From NCBI RefSeq assembly GCF_964355755.1, contig NC_092678.1, positions 5,720,422 to 5,784,421 of the forward strand: 64,000 bases of DNA. The letters run 5' to 3'. The notes under the pieces were generated by a model. The model made no database searches and was not told the DNA's origin. It worked only from the letters and a program-made list of their open reading frames with translations. Below, piece after piece: positions 1 to 12,504 of the stretch. The stretch comes from Antedon mediterranea. Lineage: Eukaryota; Animalia; Echinodermata. Made by a program: the position numbers and the translations under genes. The number at the start of each line of letters is the position of its first letter. Within the stretch, counting starts at the first letter, position 1.

Positions 1-61
1 AACTCAGATATCTGAGCTTTCTAGATCTAGAAAAGTCAGGTATCTGAGCTTTCTAGATCTA
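1..61. repeat. 32-bp self-complementary tandem unit cut by the window edge
   Basis: ctcagatatctgag and ctagatctag palindromes repeat with period 32. Confidence 0.55.
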
Positions 62-859
62 CCCCAAGTAAAACAATTATATTATAGAACAATGCAGGTT
101 ATCATATATTTACTTATCGCTGCAAATTATTACTCTGGACATGTTTGATTTAAAGTATGAGGGTGCGCGTGCGCTTCGGGATCTCAGTTTACACCTCACT
201 CACATATTCATAAAATAGTGATCAAACTTCAACTTACAGGTAAGTCTCGTTTAATCTTCCTAATATATTAAATATTTACTCTCTGTATTCCTTTATTAAG
301 ACAGGACAACTGAATGGTGTCGCCAATGCTAGTACAAAATGAAATGATGCTTTTGGTCAGACTATAATGTATTATAAAGCACTATAATATTATATGATCA
401 GAATATTTCAGAAAATTGTTCTGGTTTCCAAGATTTAATATTTATTTTTGGAGGAAATGGATGTGAAGAATGATGTATAACATAAACATCATCGTAATTT
501 TGTAATGTATAGCAACTTCTAATGCAACTTTTGATAATATCAGTGCAAGGAAACCTTGTTTTGATAATTTCTAGGAAAAGGTATTTGACAATTAATTTTT
601 CTGACTATTTATTTTCTAAATTGACAAAGGTAAACTATTTATACAATGGTTAACAGTTTTCTAATATTAAAGAATTCTAGCTTATGAGTGAATATATAAA
701 ATAACTATGTTAAACAGACTTACTACACCAAACCCCATTTGTTTGTTTTCTCTTTTTTTTCTCTTTTTTTTCTGAGTAGAAGAGGAAGAAGAGAAAGAAA
801 AAAACAAAAATATTGTATATGTAAATAAATATGTTAAAAATTACTTGTTAAAAACAATG

Positions 860-2130
860 GACTAGTTTAAGGAAAGCATGATAGGCATATTTAGCAACTG
901 TAGAACAGTGGTTGTCATCACACTTTAAAAATTTGAATTTTTCTAAATTTGTTAGATCTGAAAAGGATGGGTTGAGCCGGCTAATATAGTTGAATAAATG
1001 AGATCAGTTATTATCCATAAAACAGTGTAGTTCACCTTCAATACAATTCAAGTTACACAGACTACATTTCCTCTCATTAACTGGTGTATTATAATGCCCA
1101 ATTTCATTGGCTGGTGCACAACCAGATCTAAAAAGCGCCAGGGCCCATCTTTTACATTTTTTTATAAAAGTGGTTACATAACTAGCTGTTCCAAAGGTAT
1201 TTTTTAAAGATCGGTAAGTACGCAATTTATTGCGAGCATTTGGATTTATTCTATTATCCATTTTTCAAAACAGGTTTCTATAAAGGATTTTGATGCATTA
1301 TAAACTTGGTTCACCAGATTACGAGTGGTTGTATCTTCATTTAACAATGAATCACACTCCATTTTAGAGAATAAATTAAAAACATTAAAACACCATTTTT
1401 TTATATTTTATCAGCAAGTTGCTTGGACCAAAGAAACACATTATATGGATATCTTTTTGTGTTCATATTTACAAGGCGATTTCATAATCTGGCAATGGAC
1501 TGCATCTGGAGCACAATTGGAGGGTCCCAAATTATGTCTTCTAGTAGGGCATCATTCGGAGTGTATTTCCCAACACCAAGAAAGAAACGACAAGCACGAT
1601 AAAAAACGGAATTAATTGGAGAGAATTCAGAAAAAAAAACAGACACCACCACCATAATTCAGAATTGGGCAAATGGTGGAGGTGTACAGTTTGGTAAATG
1701 AATTAAAATTGATACCGCCAAGAGCCTTAACTTTTCAAATGATTAAACCCAAAGCTTGAGATGCAGACACAACCAGATTCTTAGCTGATTTTTGGTAATC
1801 TAAAAACTTGTTGTACATAATTCCTAGGTACTTATAGTAAACTAACTACTTCAATATCAAAATTACAACAGTTAAACTTTATATTTGTCCTTTCCCTACT
1901 TTTAGTACGGAAATGTGTAAGTTGTGTCTTAGATTACAGTATAACATTTCTAGAGAGCATTTTCATTTTCAGCAAGAATCACAATGTCATCAGTATACAA
2001 TAATAGATCTATATTTGTATCCGGTAATGGAATACCACAATTTAGTTTCCTTATATCATTTACAATGCTGTTTGTGAAGATATTGAAAAGTACAGGGGAA
2101 AGTAAACAACCCTGTTTCACACCAGGTTGT
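860..2130 (-). mobile_element. 5'-truncated, degenerate non-LTR retrotransposon (LINE ORF2: RT plus C-terminal zinc knuckle)
   Basis: Minus strand 2124-1982 reads GVKQGCLLSPVLFNIF...DLLLYTDDIV (RT motifs QGxxLSP and YxDD); 1261-1004 reads KLRTYR...ERKCSLC...EGELHCF; multiple stops and frameshifts. Confidence 0.92.
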
Positions 2131-2322
2131 CAATTGATCATTTACCCTGACAGCAGGCCTTGTCTTTTAAAGCGAGCGAGTGCGATCACTCAACTAACAC
2201 ACTCCTAAACTGCCCTTGATTTACAACATGCTTAAATTTGGTCAACTTCTACACACCAAAATACAAACAGCACACCTACAGAACCCCTGCATGTATTGAG
2301 GAGTGCAATTTGTAGCACACCT

Positions 2323-4113
2323 CAGGCCCGTATGCAGCATTTATGATGGGGGGTGCGAGCGAAGCGAGCAACAATGGCTGGGGGCCAGGGGGCCGCCAAG
2401 GGCCCCCGGTCAGGGTCCAGGGGCCGAAAAAATTTGCGTTATTTGACGTTCTAAAGACTGATTTAAGACTCTCTGTTGTGGCTTGGGCTAGTTGAACAAT
2501 GGACACCAGAACTTAACGCTTTCATGATGAGGCCAACTCAGCAGGGGTGGCGCCAGGATCTTCCCGACGCGGGGGCTACATTCCCCGACGAGGGGGCTAT
2601 GCGAGCGAAGCGAGCATCACTAGGCTGAGGGCCAGGGGGCCGCCAAGGGCCCCCGGTGGGGGTCCAGGGGGCGAAGCCCCCGGAAGCAACGCGTTCTAGC
2701 GTCATTTGAGGTCTTTTTAATCAGATTTAGGGTAGCCATTTTTTCCATTTTTTATAATGCATAAATAAAATACTGCGTGCAAAAAAACGATGCGCGATGA
2801 CTGTTTCAATCCATATTTTTCAATTTAAAAAATAAAAGTTCAAAGAAAATTTAGAAAAATAGAGTTGGAGGTCCCGGAAATTGGACTTATTATACTTCAA
2901 AACATGAACAAAAATATATAAGTCCCTATCATGGGTTGTGACTGAGCTAAGAAATGTTTGAAAAATAGAGATGTTAGGTCCCGGAAAATGTACTTCTTGT
3001 TCTTCGAAATATGACCAGCTTTATTGTTGGGGCTGAGCTAAGAAAATGTTTAAAACTAGAGCTGCAGGTCTTCTGAAAAAATTGCATTTTATACTTTGGA
3101 AACATCAGGCCTAGAGGCTTAAAAAACGCAAGCGTAGACCTTTTTCAGTCGGGGAAATAAGTTTATTCCTCCCAGGTGTATGCATGCGTACCATCTGGAC
3201 TTCCGAGGTGTGAGAAATTCATGACATACAGGATATTGAAAATGTAATAACTATAGCTAATGTTGGCTAAGCGAAAATGGCATGTTTTTTTGTTTAGTAA
3301 TTGATTAAAAATTTATTTTAGGTGCCCCACGGTACAGAAGGTTACTTGTAAATTAAAAAATTGGTGAACAAACGAACAATTAACATAATTCGTTTTTGCT
3401 GTAGTGTAGCGTACGTCGACGCAGTACACGACGTAACCGTCGGTAAACTTCGCCTGGAAAATAACACATTACACATTTTGGTCCCTGGATGAAACTTGAT
3501 ATCACGCGTCTCGACCCAACGTTGAATGATTCGTACAAAGGGATACCGCCAGACAAGTGCGTACCTAGCTAATGTTTAGTAGTAAGTTAGATCCCTGGCA
3601 ATAATGAATGCATAAAAGTGCATAATATCACTCTGACGTACTCTCACGGTCAATGGAACGTCGTGGTTTTCTAGGCGCTGAAGCTATAGGAAGTGAACGC
3701 GAACGTTTTTTACTGTATATTATATTCCCCGACAAACAGTACCCGTGTGTCTGTATTTCCAGACACGTCTTTACCGCCGGTTAAGTTGTCTGTATTTCTC
3801 CAGCAAACACTTTACCGCGTACCGCGTACATGAAGTGCTAAGCTATTGCTTGTCGTCACATGATCGACTGCGCATGTTTTACATCGAGTTTGTAGTCAGT
3901 TCAGATTCCGTAATTTAATTACCGGTATTTTTTCCTTTTATATTAGCATATTTTTGTTTGTATACCATTGATAATGTAAATTTTGTATATATATAATGAT
4001 ATTGTCTTTAGTTAAACAAGACAAGAAAAAATACCAACCGAGGAAATAGTGGACCTTTTGGGACTTGGGGGGGTGCGTCTGCACCCAACGCACCCCCCCT
4101 GGATACGGGCCTG
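2323..4113. mobile_element. Non-autonomous DNA transposon (about 1.8 kb) with TIR CAGGCCCGTAT(G/C)CAG and 5-bp TSD CACCT
   Basis: caggcccgtatgcag at 2323 and ctggatacgggcctg ending at 4113; cacct at 2318-2322 and 4114-4118; internal duplicated GC-rich gcgagcgaagcgagc / ggggtccagggggcgaagcccc blocks at 2350-2700. Confidence 0.65.
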
Positions 4114-5404
4114 CACCTATAATTTTCAAAAGAAAGCCTGAAAGAGGGGATAGTTAAACCATAAAATTTGTTATGATACATGTCCTTATAAGGGCACCTT
4201 GTTTTAACAAATTCTATGAAGATATTCCATATTTTTTTAAATAAACGCCCCATGTTGTTCAGGAAGATTTTTAGGGGGGTATTTATTCGAGGGAAGCGTT
4301 TGTTCGGGGAAACGTTTATTTTTTGGATGTAATATGGTAACATTTATATTCAAATGAACACCATTAATATCAAGAAGTGATAAAATACAGTAAAAATTGT
4401 ATCCAAATGCTTGGTAAATTTTAGATAATGTCAATCAATGAATTCTACTACAAATAGAAAGGTGTTGTAATACAATATTGTATATATATATATATGCATG
4501 TGGCTGGGGTTTATTCCTAGAAATAAAGGCCCCAGGGCATTTATTCGAGGAGGAGTTTATTCTAAATGATGTTTAATCAAAGCACATACTGTATGTGCAA
4601 ATTGTGTTTTTGAGCATTTGGACACTAATTGTTGTGACATTTGTTTTCAAAATTTCTGCAGTTTTTATAACATACATAGTTCACATTAAGATCCATTACA
4701 CTATGACTTCACATTTCATTTCATAGAATGGTTATTTCAAAAAATTAATTTTTTTATGGAGGTAAAGAGTATTAATTGAAGTATTGATATAAAAGAGTGA
4801 TTGTTCTTTCACGTTTGTGTACTCTATAAATGATAGAAGTTTTTACATTTTTGTGATTTCTAGTATGTTATTTGTTTAATACTGAAATTAACATCTTAGA
4901 AAAAGTTTAAATGTCAGAATAACTCTCATTGTAGACTGATGTACACATGATGTTCCACTGAGAAATCTTCTGGAATCTCTGCTTCCTTTGGGAGTTCCTC
5001 CACTTGCAATTTATTTTATTCTAAATCTTATTAAAAATTTAGTTTGGTAAAGATTATTTTGATTATTAGTTTGCTAAGATTAGTTTGATTATTTAGGTCC
5101 TAAGGTCACAATATCAAGAGAGAGAAACACTGCTCACCACAATAATTCGTCTTTTTCTCTAGAAAATGCCCCAGAAGTTGCAATCTTGAAGGAATAATCT
5201 TGAATAAAGGATATGTGTACTGTCACATATGTTATAATTTCTTATTAGATATTTTAAGTTGCTATATTAATTCTGTGAAGTTGCTTTCTGTGATATGTAT
5301 TTAGTTTGTGTTATAATCTGTTGTGATGCCCCACATGATGAAATTATAAGTTAGCATTGGTTTATCTAGAGAGTTGTACAGTCGGTGCTTTTTTTTTTCA
5401 TTTC

Positions 5405-5580
5405 ATACACATCCAACATGAAGAACAAACTCGCCAATTACAGGATGGATAAACTATTTCATAATTTATCGTGCTTATAAACTAAGTCTCATTTGAGGCT
5501 TAGGGAGTAGAGTTGAATGAGTCGTGAGTTACAACTCTGGCACCTGGACCATGGGAAGCATGTTAACCACCACCTATCCT
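5405..5580 (-). mobile_element. tRNA-derived SINE copy
   Basis: Shares aactcgccaattacaggatggataaactattt..aaactaagtctcatttga with the copies at about 9200 and 31400. Confidence 0.75.
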
Positions 5581-6529
5581 AATAGAGAGGCAACCATTTT
5601 GGTATTCTGATATATCTGCTTTCCAATTTCTGAAGACTAATAAACCAGATACATTGTGTAGAACTGGATATGTCAGTGTTTGTAGCTCCATTAATTTGTT
5701 TGTTTAATCCTGTTTGACTTTAAAAGAAACCTTATATCTTAAGTTTAATCTACTTTCAATGTTTTGGCCATTTGTAATTTATGTCGCAAAATCAGTCATT
5801 TTAAAAACAAATTCTACGACATAAACCATACAATAGTTGAGTTATTAGATAGAAATAAAGTAAAGAAGTAAAGAAAAAACTAACTTATAATCGACTGATG
5901 AGAATATAATCCAATCTATTTAACACAAAATAAACAAGTATACCATGACAATATAATATTATTTATTTAATATTTATTTCATAAACGTCCCAAAAAGTTA
6001 AACAATACAAAACATAATAAGAATCTACAAAATTATCAAAAAATTGTTACAAATATCAAATACTCCATAATCAAAAAAAAAGATTATTCTTGATAATTAT
6101 GAAATACACAAATAATAAAATGATTGATTTACACTGGAAAAAAGCATGAAATATACTTAATAAAACACATCATTTATTAAATTGAGTAATATTTACACAT
6201 GCATAAATATATAATAAATAAACATTGAGAGAAATGATATAAATAGAGAGAAATATTAACTAAAGCACTACATCTGTAATATATACAATATATAATATAT
6301 ATATTTATACAACTGTATATTATACAATGCTTTAAAATTCAAGCTCAAATGCCTTTTTGAATCAGAAAACGTTACAAATTTACAGCCCAACTTTGAAAAA
6401 ATGAGTATTATAGTAAAATGTTTTAGAAATAGAAAGTATATATATATAAACATTACAGAAAGTATATTTTAATTATCGTACGTATTATTTTATTTTAGGC
6501 ACTCATATATATTGTCCATTTTATATTTA

Positions 6530-7492
6530 TTACACTCTTTGTTCTTCATGATGATCCCTTTGAACTATTTCAATGGTTCTAATTTGAGGTTCAGGATTGG
6601 AAGCAAAGCAGCATAGAGCACGCTTAAAACCATTTCTTAACTCGGTAATACGCCACCAATATACAATGGGATTTAAAGCACAATTCATCATCAGAAGCGG
6701 TAAAAAAATCTGATAGGAAGAGTATTCAAATGAGTCACAATGATATGATGTAAGGAAACATATTGTCAACAACTGGGTTGGGAGTAAACAGAGTAACAGT
6801 GAAAAAAGTAGAATACTAAATGTGATAAATACTGATCGTAATCTGGCCTGTCTAGCAGATCTAGCAGTAACTGATGCGAGTTGGTTAGTTTTATGTTTTA
6901 AGATAATGTACATAAAAATATAAACAAATCCAATAATAATGGTCAAAATAAAACTCAAAGAGAACACAGTAAACAGAACCTGATAATATAAGTCAATAAA
7001 TATAAAGAAAAACAATACTAAAACTGTTGTTAAAATCCATAAAAAAATACACACTATTGCCAATTTCTTTTTTGTAACAAATTGTTGGTATTTTATTGGA
7101 GCAGCAATAGCTATAAAACGTTCAATACTCACAGCAAGAACAAATATTAATGAACTATTCATCATTAATATCCCAACAGTTACAATTCCAACACCTGGAT
7201 TAAAATACCTTATTATCATAAACAATAAAGTAACAAGACAACTTAGTATGTCAGAAACTGCCAAGTTGACAAGCAAAACATTAGATTTCTTTCTTAGTTG
7301 ATGATTGCAGCAGACAGCAAAAATAACAAACAGGTTTTCCAATATTCCTGCAACCGTAATTATACTTGTGAGATAAACACTGACCGGATGTATTGTTAAA
7401 TTCACTGTAAAATTATTATAATAATAATAATAATAATAATAATCCAATGAAATACTGTAGTAATCAAAACTATTGACATTTTCTGTATCCAT
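6530..7492 (-). CDS. Class A (rhodopsin-like) orphan GPCR, melanocortin/S1P/LPA-like, about 320 aa, single coding exon
   Basis: Seven hydrophobic segments with GILENLFV (TM1), LAVSD (TM2), SIERF (DRY equivalent), W in TM4, CLLP (TM6) and NPIVY (TM7). A splice acceptor ttcttacag at 7540-7538 makes MDTENV (ATG at 7492) the likely start rather than the ORF-track start at 7573. Confidence 0.92.
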   Translation of the reverse strand: MDTENVNSFDYYSISLDYYYYYYYYNNFTVNLTIHPVSVYLTSIITVAGILENLFVIFAVCCNHQLRKKSNVLLVNLAVSDILSCLVTLLFMIIRYFNPGVGIVTVGILMMNSSLIFVLAVSIERFIAIAAPIKYQQFVTKKKLAIVCIFLWILTTVLVLFFFIFIDLYYQVLFTVFSLSFILTIIIGFVYIFMYIILKHKTNQLASVTARSARQARLRSVFITFSILLFSLLLCLLPTQLLTICFLTSYHCDSFEYSSYQIFLPLLMMNCALNPIVYWWRITELRNGFKRALCCFASNPEPQIRTIEIVQRDHHEEQRV

Positions 7493-8598
7493 TTTTGATG
7501 GTTTTTGCAGAATTGGTAAAATTAAAAAGTTTAAGCCCTGTAAGAAAATGTAAATTAACTTACAGAATATCACAACATTTTTTTATTTTTTTATCACTTA
7601 AAAATATTTAATAGTAAAGTAGGTATAGGTAATAATACAAATAATTAGACTAACACAACAAAAATATTCAAATAAAGTTAAAATTTAGTCAATTCAATTC
7701 CACTTGTTTACAATAGATGATAATTCCAAATATTTTTTTGGTAGTTTGTAAATAGTTTGGCTACACTTTTGTAAAGTCTTCTAATATTTATTTTTCCACT
7801 TGGAAGGAAAACTCTCTAAAAATGTCTTCAGGAAGACAATACAAATATTATTGTTAGATAGAGAATTACATTTCCTAGAAAGTTCTTAATTCTGAAGCAT
7901 ATACATGTAGGCCTAGTCTACTCTAGCAAAATGTGGATTTAAACAAAAATAATTCTAATATTTACCACAAAATGGTTTTTCACAGAATCGATTGGTTTTA
8001 CAATTAATGTACTAATTTTGGAATAGTCATTCCACCTCTTTGCTTTCCTTCTTTATACTCTTATAACAAATTGAATACACATCCGTTAATTGATACTAAA
8101 TTGAATGAGGTTTATGTAATTCTAATTGTGTTTTGTTCCTTTTATTGGTGCATGTTAAGTTTTTTTTTTTTTTTTTTGTGTTCTTGGTTTTAATGGTTCT
8201 TAAATGTTGTTGACCAGTACCATTTCATGAGATAATTTCCTGAATCACCATAAAATCAGATTACAGATGCTATTTATTTATGTTATTTCATAAACTTCCT
8301 GAAGGACAAGCAACATGTACAATAGTTAAACAATACAAAATGAGCAAATACAGTAGTTAGTAGATAATAAATAGAAAAATAGTCTACAATTAATACTGTT
8401 AATAAATAATTTACACTATCACAGATTCCATGCTAAAAAAAAAGATTTCAACAGGGACACAGTAATTTAAATCGAAAATGAAGTTTAGTAAACAAAGAAT
8501 TGACTTACATTTGTATAGAATTTTACACAGAAAGTTAGCACATGATATAAATTACACTTTAGCTAAGTTTCAATTTAAATTGGTATATGGTATATGGT

Positions 8599-8818
8599 AA
8601 ACACGCAAAATTCATAAAAACGTGCGTAACTTATGCTACTCGACTCTAAAGTCATATAACGAAGTTTCTTGCACATCTACAAATAGAGTTCAATCTTCTG
8701 ACAAAGTTATACAATCTTATGTTGCGAACAAAATTTGTGGAAAGAAAGAATAAATAAAAGGAAAAAAAAAGATCGTGGCAATAACAAGAGGTTATCTTCC
8801 AAGTGCGGATAACCAAAT
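8599..8818 (-). mobile_element. 5' fragment of the same Helentron-like family
   Basis: Reverse complement ggttatccgcacttggaagataacctcttgttattg and tagagtcg..tttatgaattttgcgt match 62786-63050. Confidence 0.75.
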
Positions 8819-9199
8819 ATAATAGATTGATATTAATTTAGTGCAAAATACGATATAGAACAAAATTGAAAAAGAACGCTTTAACTCAGTTAAAGTTATT
8901 GTCTTAACTTAAATATTCTCCTTCCATACAATGCATATAATGTTTTTTTTTCTCCATAATTCATGTATTTTACGAGTGTTTGGAAAATAAAATAATTACT
9001 TACTACTTAACCAGAGCCATAAACTAATAAAACAACTGTAATCTGGCATTTATGAACAACTTATTCATTGTTTTAAATATAATATGATTTTTATACAATG
9101 ATGTAAAAGTATTGAAATATTTTAAGTTCAAAAGCCTTGCTGACCACAATATATTTACTCGTGGCTATCCATTTATTATATAATATGCAACCATTTGTT

Positions 9200-9280
9200 T
9201 AACTCGCCAATTACAGGATGGATAAACTATTTTATAATTTATCCTGATTATAAACTAATTCTTATTTGAAGCTTAGGGGT
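9200..9280 (-). mobile_element. Truncated copy (3' part) of the same SINE
   Basis: aactcgccaattacaggatggataaactattttataatttatc. Confidence 0.7.
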
Positions 9281-9351
9281 TTAGCTTTGGTTTACACCTA
9301 CAACTACTGCAAATACTGAAAATAAATATTGAAAGATTCATTGTTTTATAG

Positions 9352-9576
9352 GATGAAGCAGTAAAAATGCTGGACAAAGTTGAACACTGGGCAAGATGGG
9401 ACAACACTGAATTAGGCAGACCAGAACTGTCAGGTTCACCTCCTACAAATGCTCTAGCTGTGGCAATGATCTTCTTTAACCTGGTTGATGAGGTCTGCTG
9501 GGATGATGTTGAACTTCAGAGAAAATATGCCCCTTTGTTAGAATGGAGTGTTGAACAAACCTTACAACATTTACAG
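9352..9576 (+). CDS. RENBP: RENBP internal exon (DEAVKMLDKV...TLQHLQ)
   Basis: tttatag acceptor, cag|gtaata donor, 225 nt open, phase 0-0. Confidence 0.93.
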
Positions 9577-11939
9577 GTAATATCAAAGATAGTCTTCCTA
9601 TAGTCTTCTTTAAATTATATAAAGCATTGTCTACAATTGCAAACTTTAGTTTGCAAACTTGAGTTTTACAAAGTTTACCTGTAGACCAGTTAACAAACTA
9701 TGACAGACTGCCAAGAATTAGTTTCCAGAAGTTTAGGCTATGCACCTTGACAAACTAGTTTGCTGATGTTCTTGAACTAATCCAATCAAATCACAGTATT
9801 TTCAGTCATGTGATTCTGTAAGGTGGAAAACAATCTTTTTCTTCTTCTCCAAAAAGGGGCAAACTCAATGTTTAGTCAACTTTGCTAGACTAGGATTTTA
9901 AAATTATGTTTATTTCATCATATTTACCAACTTGAAATTTCACTTTCTTTTTTCAGTGTTACTGCATGTGGCCATTGCATAAGGATCTTTCAGATTGAAC
10001 TTTCTATGTCACCAACATAGTTAATTTTAAATATGTTTTCTGTAACATTTTGTTGTTATTATTTGATTTATTTCTGTTTTTGCATGTTTGCTTTCACATC
10101 AGCGTGAGGGCAGTGTTGTTTTAGAGTATGTTAGAACAGATGGAACCGAGCTGCCGGGATCACAAGGAAGATTGATAAATCCAGGTACCTAGCATATGAA
10201 GTTATTTTATGTAATACTAAATTTAAAAACACCAGCTTTTCAACTCCTTCCTGTATTATTTGAGCAAGCCGAGGAGATGTCTGCAAGGCATTACTGGCAG
10301 CTCATAGAGGAAACAATCGAGTTGTATAGTATTACAATCTTGACTGATCACTTTACCTTCTACAATAAAATATCACCACTTTAGTATCATACAAGAACTT
10401 GTTATGTAATTAATTCATTAATAATGAAAAGACCTTGGAATGTACTTTCTCTTTTGATTTCTAGGCCAATTTATCCAGACAATGATCTATGACACAATAT
10501 TCATAGGCTCTATTGTCTTGTAGTGTGTGAGATAGTGTTTATTTAGTTTAGTCTGTTTTGGAGTTGCAATCATACCCTTTCACATTGCCTCTGGAGTTTA
10601 CACACACCTGGCCACGAACCATAAAAACACTAACACAGTGTGGGAAATCTCCAGAGGTACTATATGGTGTAAAGATACTTGTCTTTACTATTGGCAATAC
10701 AGTACTGTATACCTATAATGAATTATTTGTAGGTCATGCCATAGAAACTGGATGGTTTCTGCTACAGCATGCAGTCAAAAGTAATAACAAGAATCTAAAG
10801 GAATCTGCAATCACGGATTTCATTCTAAAACCGTTCAAGCATGGCTGGGATGATGTAAACGGTGGGTTATTCAGTTTTCTTGATGCTGATGGCATATCTC
10901 CAACACAGCTGGAGTGGAATATGAAACTGTGGTGGCCGCACAACGAGGCGTTAATTGCGTTTTTGATGACATTTAAAGAGACAAAAGATGTGCAGTATCT
11001 TGATGCATTTGAGAAAATATTTGATTATTCGATGAACCATGTAAGTGGTACTGTAGCTTGGTAAATTCAATATATTCCTTTATATCATTTCTGGGTCTTG
11101 GGTTCAACCCTGGTAGTATTCTATGATTCTGTGATCAGCAAAGCATTAACTATTTCTTTTTATTTCTTTTGGCATTTTTAACATAGACATTCAGAAGGTG
11201 TTTGGAAAGTTATTTGAAGAGAGCTTTCAATTTCAACCAGGACCTAGAACTTAAACATAAAAATTGTAACATCAGCAAGTCTAAAATGTCTTTTAATTTT
11301 TCTAATAACGTCACTATATCAAGTAATTATTTACCAAATTTTGAAATTGATCAAATTTAGTTTGATAATAAATGTCCAATAAGGTTCAAGTTATCGTTAT
11401 GTCCCTATTTTAATGTAGTGAAGCATAAATTAAGTTTATCTAGTCATTGCTTAATTCCTATTTTTTGGGTTGAATTTGTTGTTTATTATAGTCATTCCCA
11501 TCAGCATTAATATGTTTTGCTACCAAGTACTATACACAGTGGTTGTATTTAATTTTTTAGTTTAGTGATAGCAGTAACGGGGAATGGTATGGTTACTTAG
11601 ACAGAGAAGGACGTCCTTCAATGGACTTTAAAGGTGGACCATTTAAAGGTACTCTAAATCAACATTTTATTTATATTGTTTCCTATGTCAGTACTAATGA
11701 AAATGGATAGGACACAAAAGGGCTGACATGCGTCATGTGATTTTTAGATACATGTAGCTAAAATGTCTTAACATTTTATATAATGACTCTGGTGCAATTG
11801 TACATAAAAAAAAAAGCAGGGCTCTCTTAACTTTTCTCTTGTTTTATTTTTAGGATGTTTCCATGTTCCCCGCTGTCTTATGATGTGTATACAAATGTTA
11901 AAAGAACTCATAGCGGAAGGAAATCTAATTAAAATGTGA
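9352..11939 (+). CDS. RENBP: N-acylglucosamine 2-epimerase (GlcNAc 2-epimerase / renin-binding protein), last five coding exons; 5' exons not found in window
   Basis: Exons 9352-9576, 10103-10184, 10733-11040, 11561-11648 and 11854-11939 have AG/GT boundaries with compatible phases (0,1,0,1). They splice to DEAVKMLDKVEHW..LGRPEL..QHLQ/REGSVVLEYV..GRLINPG/HAIETGWFLL..GWDDVNGGLFSFLDADG..PTQLEWNMKLWWPHNEALIAF../FSD..GEWYGYLDREG..KGGPFKG/CFHVPRCL, the diagnostic AGE/RENBP motifs including catalytic His in NPGH and FH. AATAAA follows near 11959. Confidence 0.96.
10103..10184 (+). CDS. RENBP: RENBP internal exon (REGSVVLEYVRTDGTELPGSQGRLINP)
   Basis: cacatcag acceptor, cag|gtacct donor, 82 nt; matches the RDG..LENV..ELPG..GR..NPG segment of the family. 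Confidence 0.92.
10733..11040 (+). CDS. RENBP: RENBP internal exon (GHAIETGWFLL...KLWWPHNE...MNH)
   Basis: tttgtag acceptor, cat|gtaagt donor, 308 nt; hallmark GHxxExGW and KLWWPHxE motifs. Confidence 0.96.
11561..11648 (+). CDS. RENBP: RENBP penultimate exon (FSDSSNGEWYGYLDREG...KGGPFK)
   Basis: ttttttag acceptor, aag|gtactc donor, 88 nt. Confidence 0.94.
11854..11939 (+). CDS. RENBP: RENBP terminal exon (GCFHVPRCLMMCIQMLKELIAEGNLIKM*)
   Basis: tttttag acceptor, TGA at 11937-11939, CFHVPR motif. Confidence 0.94.
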
Positions 11940-12504
11940 TATTTTTATAAATATTTTAATAAATATTTAATGTAGGCCTACAATTTATCGAATATAATAT
12001 ACCATCTTAATAGATAGATTTAAGAAACTAGACTTATCTGAACATAATCCTAATTAATTCTGTAGCCACGCTCTATAAAATTATAATTTATAATAATGAA
12101 ATTTATTAGTCTAACATATAGTAGTACACTACATCTGGAAATGAGAATTGGGTCCAGGTGACCCACTTCAGCCATGAGAGCAGTGCCCACCCAATACTTT
12201 TAAGTGTTAAAAAACTACCTCAATGCTACAAGAGATGCTTTCTAACCAAGCATCAGTTTAAGGCATGTGGAGTAGAGTTGTTTTTCTTCATACCTGTCTG
12301 ATACAGGATTTACCAGGACCACAAGCATCAAACCACCAACCTGCAGCAGGGTAAAATAGTGTATTGTATAGATGCCTCCTTAGGTGATTTGCATACAGGT
12401 GCAATGGCAAATACTGTAAGTTTTCTATTTTGCTTTAGTGTATAATAACCTTTTTAACAATATTTGTGGTTATGGTTTAGTAATCATATTTTACCTGATT
12501 AATG

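Noticed and set aside
7493-7573. Longer 347-aa start for the GPCR
   Set aside because: The ORF-track start is not an ATG and lies upstream of a splice acceptor at 7540-7538, so it is in an intron.
10558-10732. N-terminal extension of the 168-aa ORF (MELQSYPF...)
   Set aside because: Intronic read-through; RENBP similarity starts only at the acceptor at 10733.
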